From a virus (taxonomy: Duplodnaviria; Caudoviricetes): a stretch of DNA of 64,000 bases. The stretch's first letter is position 1. Every line of letters starts with the position of its first letter. The notes under the pieces are model-generated. The model was not told the origin of the DNA. It made no database searches and was given only the letters and a program-made list of their open reading frames with translations. Position numbers and translations under genes: made by a program. The DNA is taken from IMG/VR virus record IMGVR_UViG_2657245143_000002, positions 1 to 64,000 of that record. One strand, 5' to 3'. This document shows, piece after piece, positions 1 through 10,403 of this stretch.

Positions 1-75
1 ATGCTCGCCAACCTTTCGCCGTTGTTTTCCTATCCATCCAAGGCATGGCGCGGAAACCGCCGGACAGCCAAAGGC

Positions 76-900
76 ATGACTGGTTACGCGGTGGAGTTCC
101 ATATCCCGACGGAGCATTTCATGTCCTCACTGACCAAGGTGTCCTCCACGACGAGGGCGAGGCACAGGGCTTGGATACGCAGGTACGCGCGTCGCGTCTG
201 GCGGGCGGCAATCGAAGCGGGCGCATACAGGACGGAGCGCTTCGTCGCCTTGGCGATGGTGCAGTGGCCGGGGCCCTCGATCTACCCGGCGATGTCCTGC
301 GCGGAGACGCTGAAGCCGGTCATCGACGCCGGAACCGACGAGAGGCTGTGGCCCGACGACGACAATTCCCACTGCCGCGCCACCGTGTTCATGGAGGCAC
401 CCGGCCTCTCCGCGTATGGCGTGACGATGTGGGTCTACATCATACCGGTCGGGCGCATACCCGACATGCCCGCGTGGTTCGTGTCCATGATGCCGGGAGC
501 CAAGGGCACGCTCGCGTCCATCGAGCTGGACTCCGAGACCGAATGGCTCAACTCCAACCAGCGCAACGAGGGGCCGGAGCGCGACGAGAAGCTGGCCCGC
601 ATCATGGCGAAGGGCTACGACTCTTGGAAGGACAGGCCCGCGGTGCTGGGCGACGATGTGATGCTCGTGGCGGCGTGCCTCTGTCCGCATCCCGACCTTC
701 CGATGGATTCGAGTAATTCGGCCGAGGACACGTTGGCCTTCGCGGCCTGCGGGGCCACGCTCGGCAAGCTGCCGCAGAAGCCTGCGGTCGCCGTATCGAC
801 GCTCTCGCCCAAGCTCTCCCGCCCAAAGCACCACGGCCTTGAGGTCATGGCACTGCATATGCCGACGGGCATCTACCTGCCCACGCTCCTCACCGCCTGA
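76..900 (+). CDS. RusA-like Holliday junction resolvase-family protein, possibly two degenerate tandem domains
   Basis: ETLKPVIDAGTDERLWPDDDNSH resembles the RusA K..D...DD motif; second half has WLNSNQR...DSSNSAE; ATG at 76 chosen over the ORF start at 1. Confidence 0.45.
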   Translation: MTGYAVEFHIPTEHFMSSLTKVSSTTRARHRAWIRRYARRVWRAAIEAGAYRTERFVALAMVQWPGPSIYPAMSCAETLKPVIDAGTDERLWPDDDNSHCRATVFMEAPGLSAYGVTMWVYIIPVGRIPDMPAWFVSMMPGAKGTLASIELDSETEWLNSNQRNEGPERDEKLARIMAKGYDSWKDRPAVLGDDVMLVAACLCPHPDLPMDSSNSAEDTLAFAACGATLGKLPQKPAVAVSTLSPKLSRPKHHGLEVMALHMPTGIYLPTLLTA

Positions 901-941
901 GCCGCACACAGCCAACGGCGAAACGACGATCAGGAGGGCCC

Positions 942-1583
942 ATGACGAACGACGAATCCACCCAAGGCAACGACGGACCGACGACCAAGGGCAAGCGCCG
1001 CTGGCCCAAGGTCGTCGCGGGAATCACGGCGGGCTGCGTTGTGGCGGGCCTGCTGTGCGCGGCCCTGCTCATGCTCGGCTTGGCGGACGGCGGCCACGGC
1101 GGGACCAGCGCCCGCACGGAGGCGGAGCCGCGGCATTGCAAGGCTTGGGCGGGCGACTACCTCGCCCTCGGCGGCGGGTACGACCGTCTGACGCTGAAGG
1201 CCGACTGCTCGATGGAGGGCATCAAAACCTACGGCTACGGATACGTCTTCGACTACGTGCCGGGCTCGTTCACCGACCAAGGCAACGGCATCAGGGTCTT
1301 CGACGCGAAGGCCCATTGCGTGACGGATGCGGAGCTCTTTCAGCCCGGCCTCAACGGCAGTTGCAACGACTGCCCCGATTTCAAGGGACGCTTCGAGCTC
1401 CAGCCCACCGTGGACTCCCCGACGGGCGTCGTGCTCTACTTCGCCTCGCGCGACGGCCTCAAGTCGGATGGCTCCGACATGCACAACTACCTAGCGCCGG
1501 AGGGTTACAAGGGATACCGTGGCGGGGATGCCGAGGACGATGCCCCGGACCCCACGGGCGCGAGGAGCGTCGCACTGAGCTAG
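942..1583 (+). CDS. Membrane-anchored hypothetical protein
   Basis: AGGAGG RBS; basic N-terminus followed by a hydrophobic helix; Cys-containing outer domain. Confidence 0.7.
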   Translation: MTNDESTQGNDGPTTKGKRRWPKVVAGITAGCVVAGLLCAALLMLGLADGGHGGTSARTEAEPRHCKAWAGDYLALGGGYDRLTLKADCSMEGIKTYGYGYVFDYVPGSFTDQGNGIRVFDAKAHCVTDAELFQPGLNGSCNDCPDFKGRFELQPTVDSPTGVVLYFASRDGLKSDGSDMHNYLAPEGYKGYRGGDAEDDAPDPTGARSVALS

Positions 1584-2692
1584 TCCCGCACCACCGGCGA
1601 CACCACGCACCGGATTCCCTCGGGGCCTTTGATCTCGAACGGCTGCCTCGCGCCGTTCCTGCGCCAAGCGAGCGTCACCTCGTCGCAGTCCATCGCGGCG
1701 AGGAAGTCGGCCACGAGGTTCGGGTCGAAGCGGCAGCCCAGCCCGCCCTCGGTCGCCTTGCAGTCCAGCGTCTCGCGGTACTTGCGGGAATCCCCGTCGC
1801 CCGCCGCCAAGAGGTCCGCGGTGCCTTCGTCGGTGGCGGTGAACGTCACCCTCGGCTTCGCCTTATCGGTGACGGCCATCGCCCTCTTCAACGACTCCAG
1901 CAGGGCCGCGCGGTCGAAGGCCACGGCGCAGGGCCGGGAGTCCGGGTCGCCCAATGCCTTCGACAGGTCCGGGTAGTCCACGCCCAGCAGGGGCAGGTTG
2001 CGCCGGCGGTCGCCCGACGACGCCAACAGCCTGCGCCCGTCGCAGCGGAGCACGACCGTGCCATCCTTGGACAGGTCGAGCCTGTCCGGGTCAACGAGGG
2101 CGGACCACTCGGTAGTGGCGTCGGTGTCGGCGTCGAGCGTGGCCTCGGCCATGCGGAGCCTGTCGCTCGCCTCCAAGACAAGCCTCCCGCCGGAGACGCG
2201 GAGCCTCAGCGACATGAGCGCGGGCATCGACTGCAACGCGCCCGGCTTCGCAACGGCGGTGGTGACCACCTCCAGCGCCTTGGAGAAATCCTTCGCGTCG
2301 ATCTCCACGGCACCGTCCACGGGCGGCTCCGGCGGGACGGGGTAGTCCTCCGTCCGCATGCCCCGCAGGCCGAACAGCGCCTTGCCACAGCGCATGGTCA
2401 GCCCGCCCTCCGTGAAGGTGAGCTTGGTCTTCGGCTCGCCCGTGGGCAGCGCCCTCACCGACGACACGAGGGCCGCGCCGTTGACCAGCAGCGACGCCTC
2501 CGCGTCGGTCGATTGCGCCTCGACCCCGGCCTCCGCCGATTGCAGGCCGTCGAACGCCGAGAGGACCAGCCGGTCGTCCCTCGCCCTCAGCCACATGCCG
2601 GACAGCTCCGGCGCTCCGCCCCGTTTGGGCAACGCGCCCGCCGCGAACGAAACGGCCTTCCTGAACGAACCGGTCTCAACGAATACACCCAT
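1580..2692 (-). CDS. dnaN: DNA polymerase III beta subunit (sliding clamp), divergent
   Basis: 370 aa; three-domain pattern LSAFDG, EDYPVPPE, LEASDRLRMAE, DYPDLSKAL, FDPNLVADFL, CVVSPV; GGAGG RBS. Confidence 0.85.
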   Translation of the reverse strand: MGVFVETGSFRKAVSFAAGALPKRGGAPELSGMWLRARDDRLVLSAFDGLQSAEAGVEAQSTDAEASLLVNGAALVSSVRALPTGEPKTKLTFTEGGLTMRCGKALFGLRGMRTEDYPVPPEPPVDGAVEIDAKDFSKALEVVTTAVAKPGALQSMPALMSLRLRVSGGRLVLEASDRLRMAEATLDADTDATTEWSALVDPDRLDLSKDGTVVLRCDGRRLLASSGDRRRNLPLLGVDYPDLSKALGDPDSRPCAVAFDRAALLESLKRAMAVTDKAKPRVTFTATDEGTADLLAAGDGDSRKYRETLDCKATEGGLGCRFDPNLVADFLAAMDCDEVTLAWRRNGARQPFEIKGPEGIRCVVSPVVRD

Positions 2693-2778
2693 GCCGCACC
2701 TCCAATGTTGATGTTCCGGGCCGGCATGGGGCGGAAAGGCACAGACGGTTGAGAGTGCTCGACAACGAAAGGAGAGCG

Positions 2779-5700
2779 ATGTTCCCCACGATCAAGAGAA
2801 CCATCGCCGTGCTGACGGCGGTGGCCGCGATGGGCGGGGCCGGGGCGGTGGCCTCCACGGCGAACGCCGAGGAACCCACGCCGCCGAACGTGGAGGTCAC
2901 CTTCACCAAGGTGACCGACGGAACGGGGTTCGGCACGGCCGACCAGTGCTGGCTCAACTCGGCCAACGGCTACGCCGACGGCGCGGACGGCGACAAACCG
3001 GGCGACAACGCCGCAGACGACGGCGTGGTGTGCTCCGGCGACTACGTGGAATACGAGATGGACCTGAAGTTCAAGGGCGGCGTGAACAACAGCGTCAGGC
3101 TCGTGCCGTCCGCCCCCGAAGGCTTCCCCCTGAGCTACAGCTCCGACAAGGGGAGCTTCTGCCGCTCCGAGGGCCAGTTGTCCGCCAAGGGGTACAACGG
3201 GGGCGGATGCACGTTCCGGGCCCCGGACGGCTACACGAACGAGGTGAGGCAGGCCCTCTGGTACTTGGCCGACAACCACGGCGGCAAACCGCTGCGGGGC
3301 CAGACCAAGACCTTCGACCTGTACACCGGCGACGACGCGGACGGCTGGGCCAAGTACTCAAGCGTCGAGCTGGAGCCCGTCACGGTCATCTCGATGAACT
3401 ACGCCGAGGCCAGCGTGGACACCTACGACGAACACGACCTTGAGTGGGGCAGGGACGCCAAGACGCTGGAGGGCACGCTGAACATCTCCGCGAACCCCAT
3501 ACGCCCGAAGGCGTCCCAGACGGCCAAGGGACTCAGCAACCGCTCTATCGGCTGGTCCGGCACGCTCGACCTGAGCGCGTTCCCCACGGGTACATACCTC
3601 AAGGGCGGGTACGACGGAAAGGAGTACAGGCCCGCTGACGGCAAGCTGCATCTGGACAGCGCCACGGACGGCACCAGCTTCAACATCGAGATACCCACGC
3701 CGAAGGCATGCGGCGACGGGGAGCACCCGAACGGCAGGCCGGACTCCTGCATCGAGGGCGACGGCAGGCTCTCCTACACGCTGCACATGGACTTCGACAA
3801 AGGCTCCCCGGCCTACCCGGACGGCACCCCGGCGACCCCGGTCACGAACGACGGCAGCGAGCTCGGCACCGGCAAGGGGAAGGACTACGACACCGGGTCG
3901 GTGGGTTTCATCGGCTACTACGGCGATGATCTGAGCGGCCGCGCGGGTTACTCCAACAACAACTGGGGCGTCGTGCATGTGACGCGCAGGGACATCCCGG
4001 ACGGCAAAATCTTCCGCAAGCTGCTCCAGACCTCGAAGGCCGAGGGGCAGACGATCTTCGAGGACGGCTACACCACCTTCGGCAAGGGCGACGGCGAACG
4101 CACGCTGAACTACAAGTACACTGGGAAGGGTTACATTCTGGCCGAGAAGGTGGCCGCAGGCACCGAGATTCGCGTCCGGTTGCAGATCAACGCCAAGGAG
4201 GTCGCCGGGTGCAGGGAGTCGGGCTGCAAGCTGACGTTCTACGACAGTTTCGACTATACCAATAAGTTCCTCCCCTCCAAAGGGGTCGTCATACGGAACG
4301 GCGACAGGACCTACACCGACGGCGTGAAGGTCGCGTGGACCGAAGTACCTGCGGTGCAGGGCGACGATGACAAGGAGCCGGACACTTGGCATTTCAACAG
4401 CATCCCCGACGACGAGATGCCGGTGGACTGGTCCGACGGCATGCCCACGGAGGCCGACGTGGAGGAAGCCGATGACATGTCCGTCAAGGCTTCCTATGAG
4501 ATCACCCCGGAGCAGGCGGCGAGCGACGACCCGTGGGAGGCCGTCTTCTATGTGAGGATGCAGGAGGGTACCAACTACAGCCAAGACCACATGCTCGGCG
4601 TGGTCGAGACCAAGGACGGCAACGCCGTCAAGGGCAACTACTCCGGCGCTGTGGACGGGGTGTCGGTCCTGCCGATGTACGCCACCGCGTTCGAGTCCGT
4701 CTCCGTCAACGACGCGCAGGGCGGATACCGCAGCGCCGCGCGTCCGGGAGACACGCTCGAATACAGGCTGTCCTCGAACATCAAGGACATCAAGGTCTAC
4801 GAAGGCTTCAAGGCGCGGTTCACGGCCTGCGCGGACCCGTGGCTCACCGGGTTCAGGCTGTCCGAGTCCGATACCGACAAGTGGGACATGACCGCGCTCG
4901 ACAAGTCCAAGGCCGTGGAGAACGGCTGCGCCGTCGGAAGCACCCCGTTGCTGTTCGACTACAAGGGCAAGGCGACCTACACGGAGGAGTCTCCGTGGGT
5001 CTACTGGACCGCCAAGGTATCCAACTTCGCCAACGCCTCCCGCACCATCTCCAGCCCGGCGAGAATCGAGGCGAGCACCCCGGCGTCGCACGGCCTGAAG
5101 GCCGATGGGGTCGTCAGCGAATGGTCGTCCGACCCCGCGCCCGTCGAATCCCGCCTCGGAACGGAGGGCATGCTGACCTCCGCGTCCGGGAGCGTCACCC
5201 ACGCCGAGGCCGGCGCGAACGGATTGCGGTACGAGTGGAACATCTACAACAACCTGACCGACCTCTCGGGCGAGGTGAGCACCGTCATCAAGCTGCCGAG
5301 CAACGACGACTCGAAGCTCGCCAACGGCGGCAAGGGGCCGGACGGCACTTGGAAAGGCTACAACCGTGGCAGCTCCAAGTTCACCGACTACGTGCTCGCG
5401 GGGGAGCCACGGCTTGACGACGGCGACTCCACGCCGACCAGACTCATGTACTCGGTCGAGGACGTCACCGACCCGGACAGGGCGCTCGACCCCGACGCCT
5501 ACGAATGGAAGGCATGGGACGATCTGACCGCGGAGCAGCGCAGGCGGGTGAAGGCAATCCTCGTGACCTCCGAGACGACGGACACCTCGGACGGGACCAA
5601 GGAATCCCGGCTCGCGGCGTCGAGCGGCGTCATCACGCTGAGGTCCGACACCGCCAAGCCGCTCGAACGGTTCAACGTGTGGATTGGCGGCAACCACGGC

Positions 5701-6276
5701 GTCGCCGGCGTCCTGAACTCCGTGCCGTTCGCGGCGAGCATCAAGGTCAGGAGGGACCCCGGCCTCTATGGGACCGTGTGGTTCGACGCCGACTCCGACG
5801 GATTCATCAACAACGGCGAGAGGGGCATCCCCGGCGTGACCGTCGAGCTGTGCAAGGGTTCCGACTCGGGCTACCTCTCCGGCAGGAGGTTCGAGGAGAC
5901 CGTGGGGCGCTGCGACGTCATGGCGACCACGACCACCGACGGCAACGGCGACTACGCCTTCGACGCCAAGTACGCGCCGAAGGACGGTTCCTACGTGCTG
6001 ACCCACGTCGCCAAGGGCGTCGAGGGTCTGAAGCAGACCTACTCGTACCGCTATCACACGGACGAGGACGAGCTCTCGTCCTACTCCGACTCGCTTGAGG
6101 CGTACTGGGGCGTGAACGAGATCGAGTACATCGACTTCGGCTACAAGCCAACCATGAAGCCGCTGACCGGCGCACCGCGCACCGGCGCGAGCACCATGCT
6201 GCTCGTCATGTGCTTCGGGTTCGCGCTGCTGGGCGCGGGGGTCGCGGTCGGCAAGGCCGTCCGCCGCAGGAATTGA
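2779..6276 (+). CDS. Large sortase-anchored surface protein with C-terminal SdrD-B/Cna-B-like domain
   Basis: Signal peptide; GTVWFDADSDGFINNGERGIPGVTVEL...TTTDGNGDYAF; APRTG + hydrophobic helix + RRR tail; AAAGGAG RBS. Confidence 0.85.
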   Translation: MFPTIKRTIAVLTAVAAMGGAGAVASTANAEEPTPPNVEVTFTKVTDGTGFGTADQCWLNSANGYADGADGDKPGDNAADDGVVCSGDYVEYEMDLKFKGGVNNSVRLVPSAPEGFPLSYSSDKGSFCRSEGQLSAKGYNGGGCTFRAPDGYTNEVRQALWYLADNHGGKPLRGQTKTFDLYTGDDADGWAKYSSVELEPVTVISMNYAEASVDTYDEHDLEWGRDAKTLEGTLNISANPIRPKASQTAKGLSNRSIGWSGTLDLSAFPTGTYLKGGYDGKEYRPADGKLHLDSATDGTSFNIEIPTPKACGDGEHPNGRPDSCIEGDGRLSYTLHMDFDKGSPAYPDGTPATPVTNDGSELGTGKGKDYDTGSVGFIGYYGDDLSGRAGYSNNNWGVVHVTRRDIPDGKIFRKLLQTSKAEGQTIFEDGYTTFGKGDGERTLNYKYTGKGYILAEKVAAGTEIRVRLQINAKEVAGCRESGCKLTFYDSFDYTNKFLPSKGVVIRNGDRTYTDGVKVAWTEVPAVQGDDDKEPDTWHFNSIPDDEMPVDWSDGMPTEADVEEADDMSVKASYEITPEQAASDDPWEAVFYVRMQEGTNYSQDHMLGVVETKDGNAVKGNYSGAVDGVSVLPMYATAFESVSVNDAQGGYRSAARPGDTLEYRLSSNIKDIKVYEGFKARFTACADPWLTGFRLSESDTDKWDMTALDKSKAVENGCAVGSTPLLFDYKGKATYTEESPWVYWTAKVSNFANASRTISSPARIEASTPASHGLKADGVVSEWSSDPAPVESRLGTEGMLTSASGSVTHAEAGANGLRYEWNIYNNLTDLSGEVSTVIKLPSNDDSKLANGGKGPDGTWKGYNRGSSKFTDYVLAGEPRLDDGDSTPTRLMYSVEDVTDPDRALDPDAYEWKAWDDLTAEQRRRVKAILVTSETTDTSDGTKESRLAASSGVITLRSDTAKPLERFNVWIGGNHGVAGVLNSVPFAASIKVRRDPGLYGTVWFDADSDGFINNGERGIPGVTVELCKGSDSGYLSGRRFEETVGRCDVMATTTTDGNGDYAFDAKYAPKDGSYVLTHVAKGVEGLKQTYSYRYHTDEDELSSYSDSLEAYWGVNEIEYIDFGYKPTMKPLTGAPRTGASTMLLVMCFGFALLGAGVAVGKAVRRRN

Positions 6277-6293
6277 CCCACCGCGGCAACAAG

Positions 6294-6334
6294 TGGAAGG
6301 CCCACGGGTTCGAGAGGAATCCGTGGGCCTTCCA
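6294..6334. terminator. Hairpin between convergent genes
   Basis: TGGAAGGCCCACGG...CCGTGGGCCTTCCA inverted repeat. Confidence 0.75.
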
Positions 6335-6394
6335 TATTCGGTTTTAAGCGGCGTCCCGACGCCAGATCGACCATCGGGAATGAAGGAAAACCCA

Positions 6395-8217
6395 TCAGCC
6401 GATGGACCCGCCCATCGAGCCGCTGGACGAGCCGCCGCCCTGCGGCTGTTGCTGCTGCGGCTGGGTCTGCTGCTGCGGCGTGTAGGCCGGGCGCTTGGGC
6501 GCGACGTACTGCCTGCGGGGCGTGTACTGTTGCTGCTGCGCCTGCGCTTGGGCCTCGGCCTGCCTCCGGGCCTCCTCCTCCTGCGCCTTCTTGGCGGCCT
6601 CGGCGTCGGCCTTGGCCTTCTCCTCGGCGGCCTTCCTCTCCGCCTCCTCCGCCGCCTTCTGCTCTTCGGGCAGCTTGGCGGACAGCTTCAGTATCTCGTT
6701 CGCGTCGTCGCCCTCCAGCGCCTTGTTCAGCGCGTCCTTGGTCTCCTGCGTGGCCTTCGGGTTGGCTTCGAGCGCCTTCCGGGCCGACTCCTTGGCCCCG
6801 GCCAGCGCCTTGGCCTTGGCGATCTCGGAGCGCAGGCCCGTGGTCTTGTCGTCCAGATTCTTGGCCCCCGCCCTCGCCGCGTTGGCATCCACCGGGCAGG
6901 GCTGCTCGACGTCCTTCGAGTGCTCGATCTTGAGGTCGTCGGCCTCCTTCGCCGCCGACTTCCAGTCGCTCCACGACGCGGCGAGGGCCTTGCAGGCGGC
7001 GTCCCGCTCGGCCTCGGCGTCGGCCCGCATCTTGGCATGGACGCCGAAACCGATGCCCGCCACGAGCGCCACGGAGACGGCCCCGATGACGATGGGCTTC
7101 CAAGGGACCTGAGCACCCTCGCCGGCGGAGTCGAACCGCTCGGCCAGACCGTCGTATCCATCGGAGCCCCCGTCGTCCGTCCAACCGTCGGAATCACCGG
7201 TGTCATCGGGGTCGCCCCAACCTTCATCGTCGTCGGAGTCGGTGCCGTCGTCGGGGTTGGCTTCCTTCCCGGACTGCGGCTTGGCCTTCCGTCCGCCTAG
7301 AAACCCTAGGAATCCGCCCCGTTTGGCCGGTTCCGCAGGTCCCTCTTCTGCGTCGTCCGGGTCGTCCCAGTCATCGTCCGCACCCTCGTCGTCCCAATCC
7401 TCCTCCTCGGATTCGTCGGCGTCCGCGTCGTCGGGCTTGGCCTTGCGCCATCCGAACAGTCCGCGCCCGGATTTCGGCTCGGGTTCGGGCTTCTCCTCCT
7501 CGTCGTCATCCCAACCGCCGTCTTCATCTTCGTCCCCGCCCCAACCCTCTTCGTCATCGGTTTCCGACGCAGCGCCCCAGAGGTCGCCTCGTGGGGCATT
7601 CCCCGCCGTGTCGGCTGCGGCGAACCACGAATCGGGCTGCGGCGTCTCGTGCAGGCCATCCGCATCGGGCCGGGGGCCGAATCAACGTCGGCTTCGACGG
7701 CACGATTCGTCGCATCGAAGGCCGGCTTGGTCCCCGGCGCGGGTTCCTCCGCATCGTCGGGCATGTCCCACCAGTTGCCGCCATTGCCTCCCCCGACCGG
7801 CCCGGTCTCCGGGGTCGGCAGCGGTTGAACGATCTGTCCGTCCGGCGCACCCCACCCATCGTCACGGGCGGCCTCCGGTTTCTCCGAAGGGACGGGAGCC
7901 ACGTTCGCGGACGGCTCGGCCGGTTCCGGGGATTCCGGCACGGGCTTGGGTTCGGTGCCTGCGTCCGGCTCCTCCCACCATCTGCCGCCCGATCTCGGCG
8001 GACCGATTGGTTCGGGTGCCTTCGCGGCGACAAAGGGTTCGGTTCCGAACACCGCGTCGTCGTCCGGGTCGTGCGATGCGGCGGGCTTTCCGCCGACCAC
8101 CCCGGCGAAGTCGGACGTGGCCTCGTCCACGGACGGCTTGGGCTCCGTGGCCTCCGGTCCCGCGGGTGCCTGCCCCTGTGGTCCGAACGGTGAAAAAGAC
8201 CGCCTTTTCTGTGCCAT
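6395..8217 (-). CDS. Membrane protein with long acidic Trp-dotted disordered N-terminus, one TM helix and coiled-coil C-terminus (apparent frameshift near 7665)
   Basis: MAQKRR.. frame joins the PDADGLHETPQPDSWF...DDDEGWGD...KPIVIGAVSVALVAGIGFG frame of ORF 6395..7072 if one base is restored. Confidence 0.65.
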
Positions 8218-8311
8218 TCCTGCTCCTTCCAAGCGTCGAGAACCACGACTTTCTCCACTCGGCTGTTCGTACAGCCAACACTGGAACGAGTCGCATCAAG
8301 GAAGGTTCAAC

Positions 8312-10206
8312 ATGTCGGAAATCGTGCGCTACAGAATCCCGCGTCAGGTGAAGGACTCCAAGCAGGGGGGTGCCCTCATACCGTTCGAGCCGTGGAGCAA
8401 CGCCACGCACAACGCGAAGCTGCAAGTCAAGCTCGACAAGTGGATTAACGAGGACCAGTCGAGGTCGGGCCTCGTGCTGGCAGGCTTCGACCGCGACGAC
8501 CCGGACGGCCCTTTCGCGCTACTGAGCAAGCCGCAGGACGTGGACGTGGTGAAGACGCTCAGCGGCGACAGGAAGGTGGTCGCCCTGTCCGCGTCGCAGA
8601 GGGTCGCCTCCAGCGCCGCCGCGAGGAAGGTCGCCGCATACTACGAGGACCAGTTCGGCGGCAATTGGAGGATGACCGAGTTCAGGCCATACGAGGGCGA
8701 GGCCGTGTTCGAGCCGCTGGACGGCAAGGTCGCCACGGCGAGGGGGCTGCTGGCGAGCAACGGGTTCAAGTGCGAGCGTGGGACATCTATGTGTCGAAGC
8801 GCCGGGGCGGAGGGTTCCACGTCAGGTTGCAGGGCGGACTGACCTATTCGGAGAAGTACCGCGCGGGCATCGAGGAGGCCATCAGGCAGATCGCGGGGCG
8901 CGAGGGCTGGTACTACGAGGCCGACCCGAAGACCGGCGAGCTCGACGTCGTTCCGGCGGAACCCAAGACGTTCCCAGCGCTGGTGCCGTTCCCGTTCGAG
9001 ACCTTGGAGAGGCCCGACATCCAGAAGACCCCCATCGGGGTAAAGCTGGCAAGGCCGGGGGAGATACCGGAGGTGCTGGCGGTCAACTGGAAGGAGAGTC
9101 TGGGCGTCAGCCTGCTGGGCCTCTCGGGCGGGGGCAAGACCGTCACCATAAACGACATCCTCACCCAGCAGGCCGTCGCCGGCGCGGAGGTATACGTCAT
9201 CGACTATCCGGCGAAGTCCGTGGATTTCGAGTTCGCCAAACCGTTCTTGGCACGATTCGGGTGGGGCTGCGAATCGCTGTTGCAGGCGGCCGGCCTCACC
9301 CAATACCTCCTTGACGAGATTCAGGAGGGCGGAAAGCGCTACAAGGCGTTCAAGGAGCACGGTTGGCAGAACATGGACGCCATACCCGAAGGGGAGAGGC
9401 CCAAGTGGCCCTACATCTTCCTCTGCGTGGACGAGCTGTCGCGGCTCACCACCGGGGCGAAGAACGGGCGGGTGTCCAAGAACACGCCCGCACCCGCCAT
9501 AGCCGAGGCGATAGAGGCGCAGACCAAGCAGTACATCCTGAACAACCTCGTGTCCATCGCGGCCGTCGGACGAGCCTTCGGATACCACATGCTCGTGGCG
9601 ACCCAGATGGGCTCGGCCACCACGGGCATGCCGCCGGCCCTCCGTGGCAACCTCGGAAACAAGCTGCTCATGGGGCCGCGACCCAGCGACGGTCAGAAGG
9701 CCACGGCGTTCAACAACGGCAAAGACGTCCCCAGCGTCCCGGACAACGTGATCGAGGAGGGGGTCTCGAAGGGCACCGGCAGCTCCGAGTTCGAGGGACA
9801 GGAGTCCGCCGTGTTCAAGTCCTTCTTCCCGAAGGTCGAGGGTTGCACCGACACCGAGGCCCTTGGTCTGGCGCTTGCCGAGAAGCTGGGCCTGCCGGAG
9901 GGCGTCATGCTGGAGGAGTACAGGGAGAGCTTCGACCAGAGCAAGCCGATCAACAAGGAGTACCAGCGCAAGGTCATGTCGCGCATCGACTTCCCCAAGG
10001 CCGAGGCGTACCGCAGGCTTCCCTACCTGCGCATGCTTCAGGACCAGTACGAGGAGGCGATGGCCGAGTTGGCCGGTGACACCGGTGCCGTCCCGGAGGG
10101 CCATGATGACGTCCCGAAGGCCCCGCCGACCGTCAACGGCCAGCCGCTCGACTCGCCCTTGATCGACGCCTCGCTATTGGCGAAGCGGATGGAGGCGGAG
10201 CGCTAG
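8312..10206 (+). CDS. FtsK/SpoIIIE-family ATPase (apparent frameshift near 8775)
   Basis: Walker A GLSGGGKT, Walker B FLCVDE, GRAFGYHMLVATQ; N-terminus MSEIVRY with AAGGAAGG RBS lies in the upstream frame. Confidence 0.8.
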
Positions 10207-10346
10207 AAGCCCAGCCGCGCGTCAACCTCCGCGCGGAGCCTGTCGAAGTAGTCGGGTGCGCCCAGCTCCTCGACGGTCGGCTGGGCGTCCGTCAGCTCGA
10301 TCAGGTCCTCGGCGTCGTCGGGCCAGACGGCCTTGGAATCGAAAAC
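10203..10346 (-). pseudogene. Orphan C-terminal gene fragment without a start
   Basis: Frame VFDSKAVWPDDAEDLIELTDAQPTVEELGAPDYFDRLRAEVDARLGF* has element-typical codons but is preceded by an in-frame TGA. Confidence 0.35.
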
Positions 10347-10403
10347 GCCTCATGCTCGATTGGTTGCATGAGGGCGATTCTATACCGGGCCTGTTACGCG
10401 AAA

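Noticed and set aside
1580-2692. Chromosomal oriC region
   Set aside because: dnaN is divergent and lacks dnaA, recF and gyrB neighbours.
3358-6057. Long antisense ORFs (also 21854..24856, 51362..55555, 14308..16395 and the upstream part of 34645..37833)
   Set aside because: Shadow ORFs of high-GC coding strands with no recognisable motifs.
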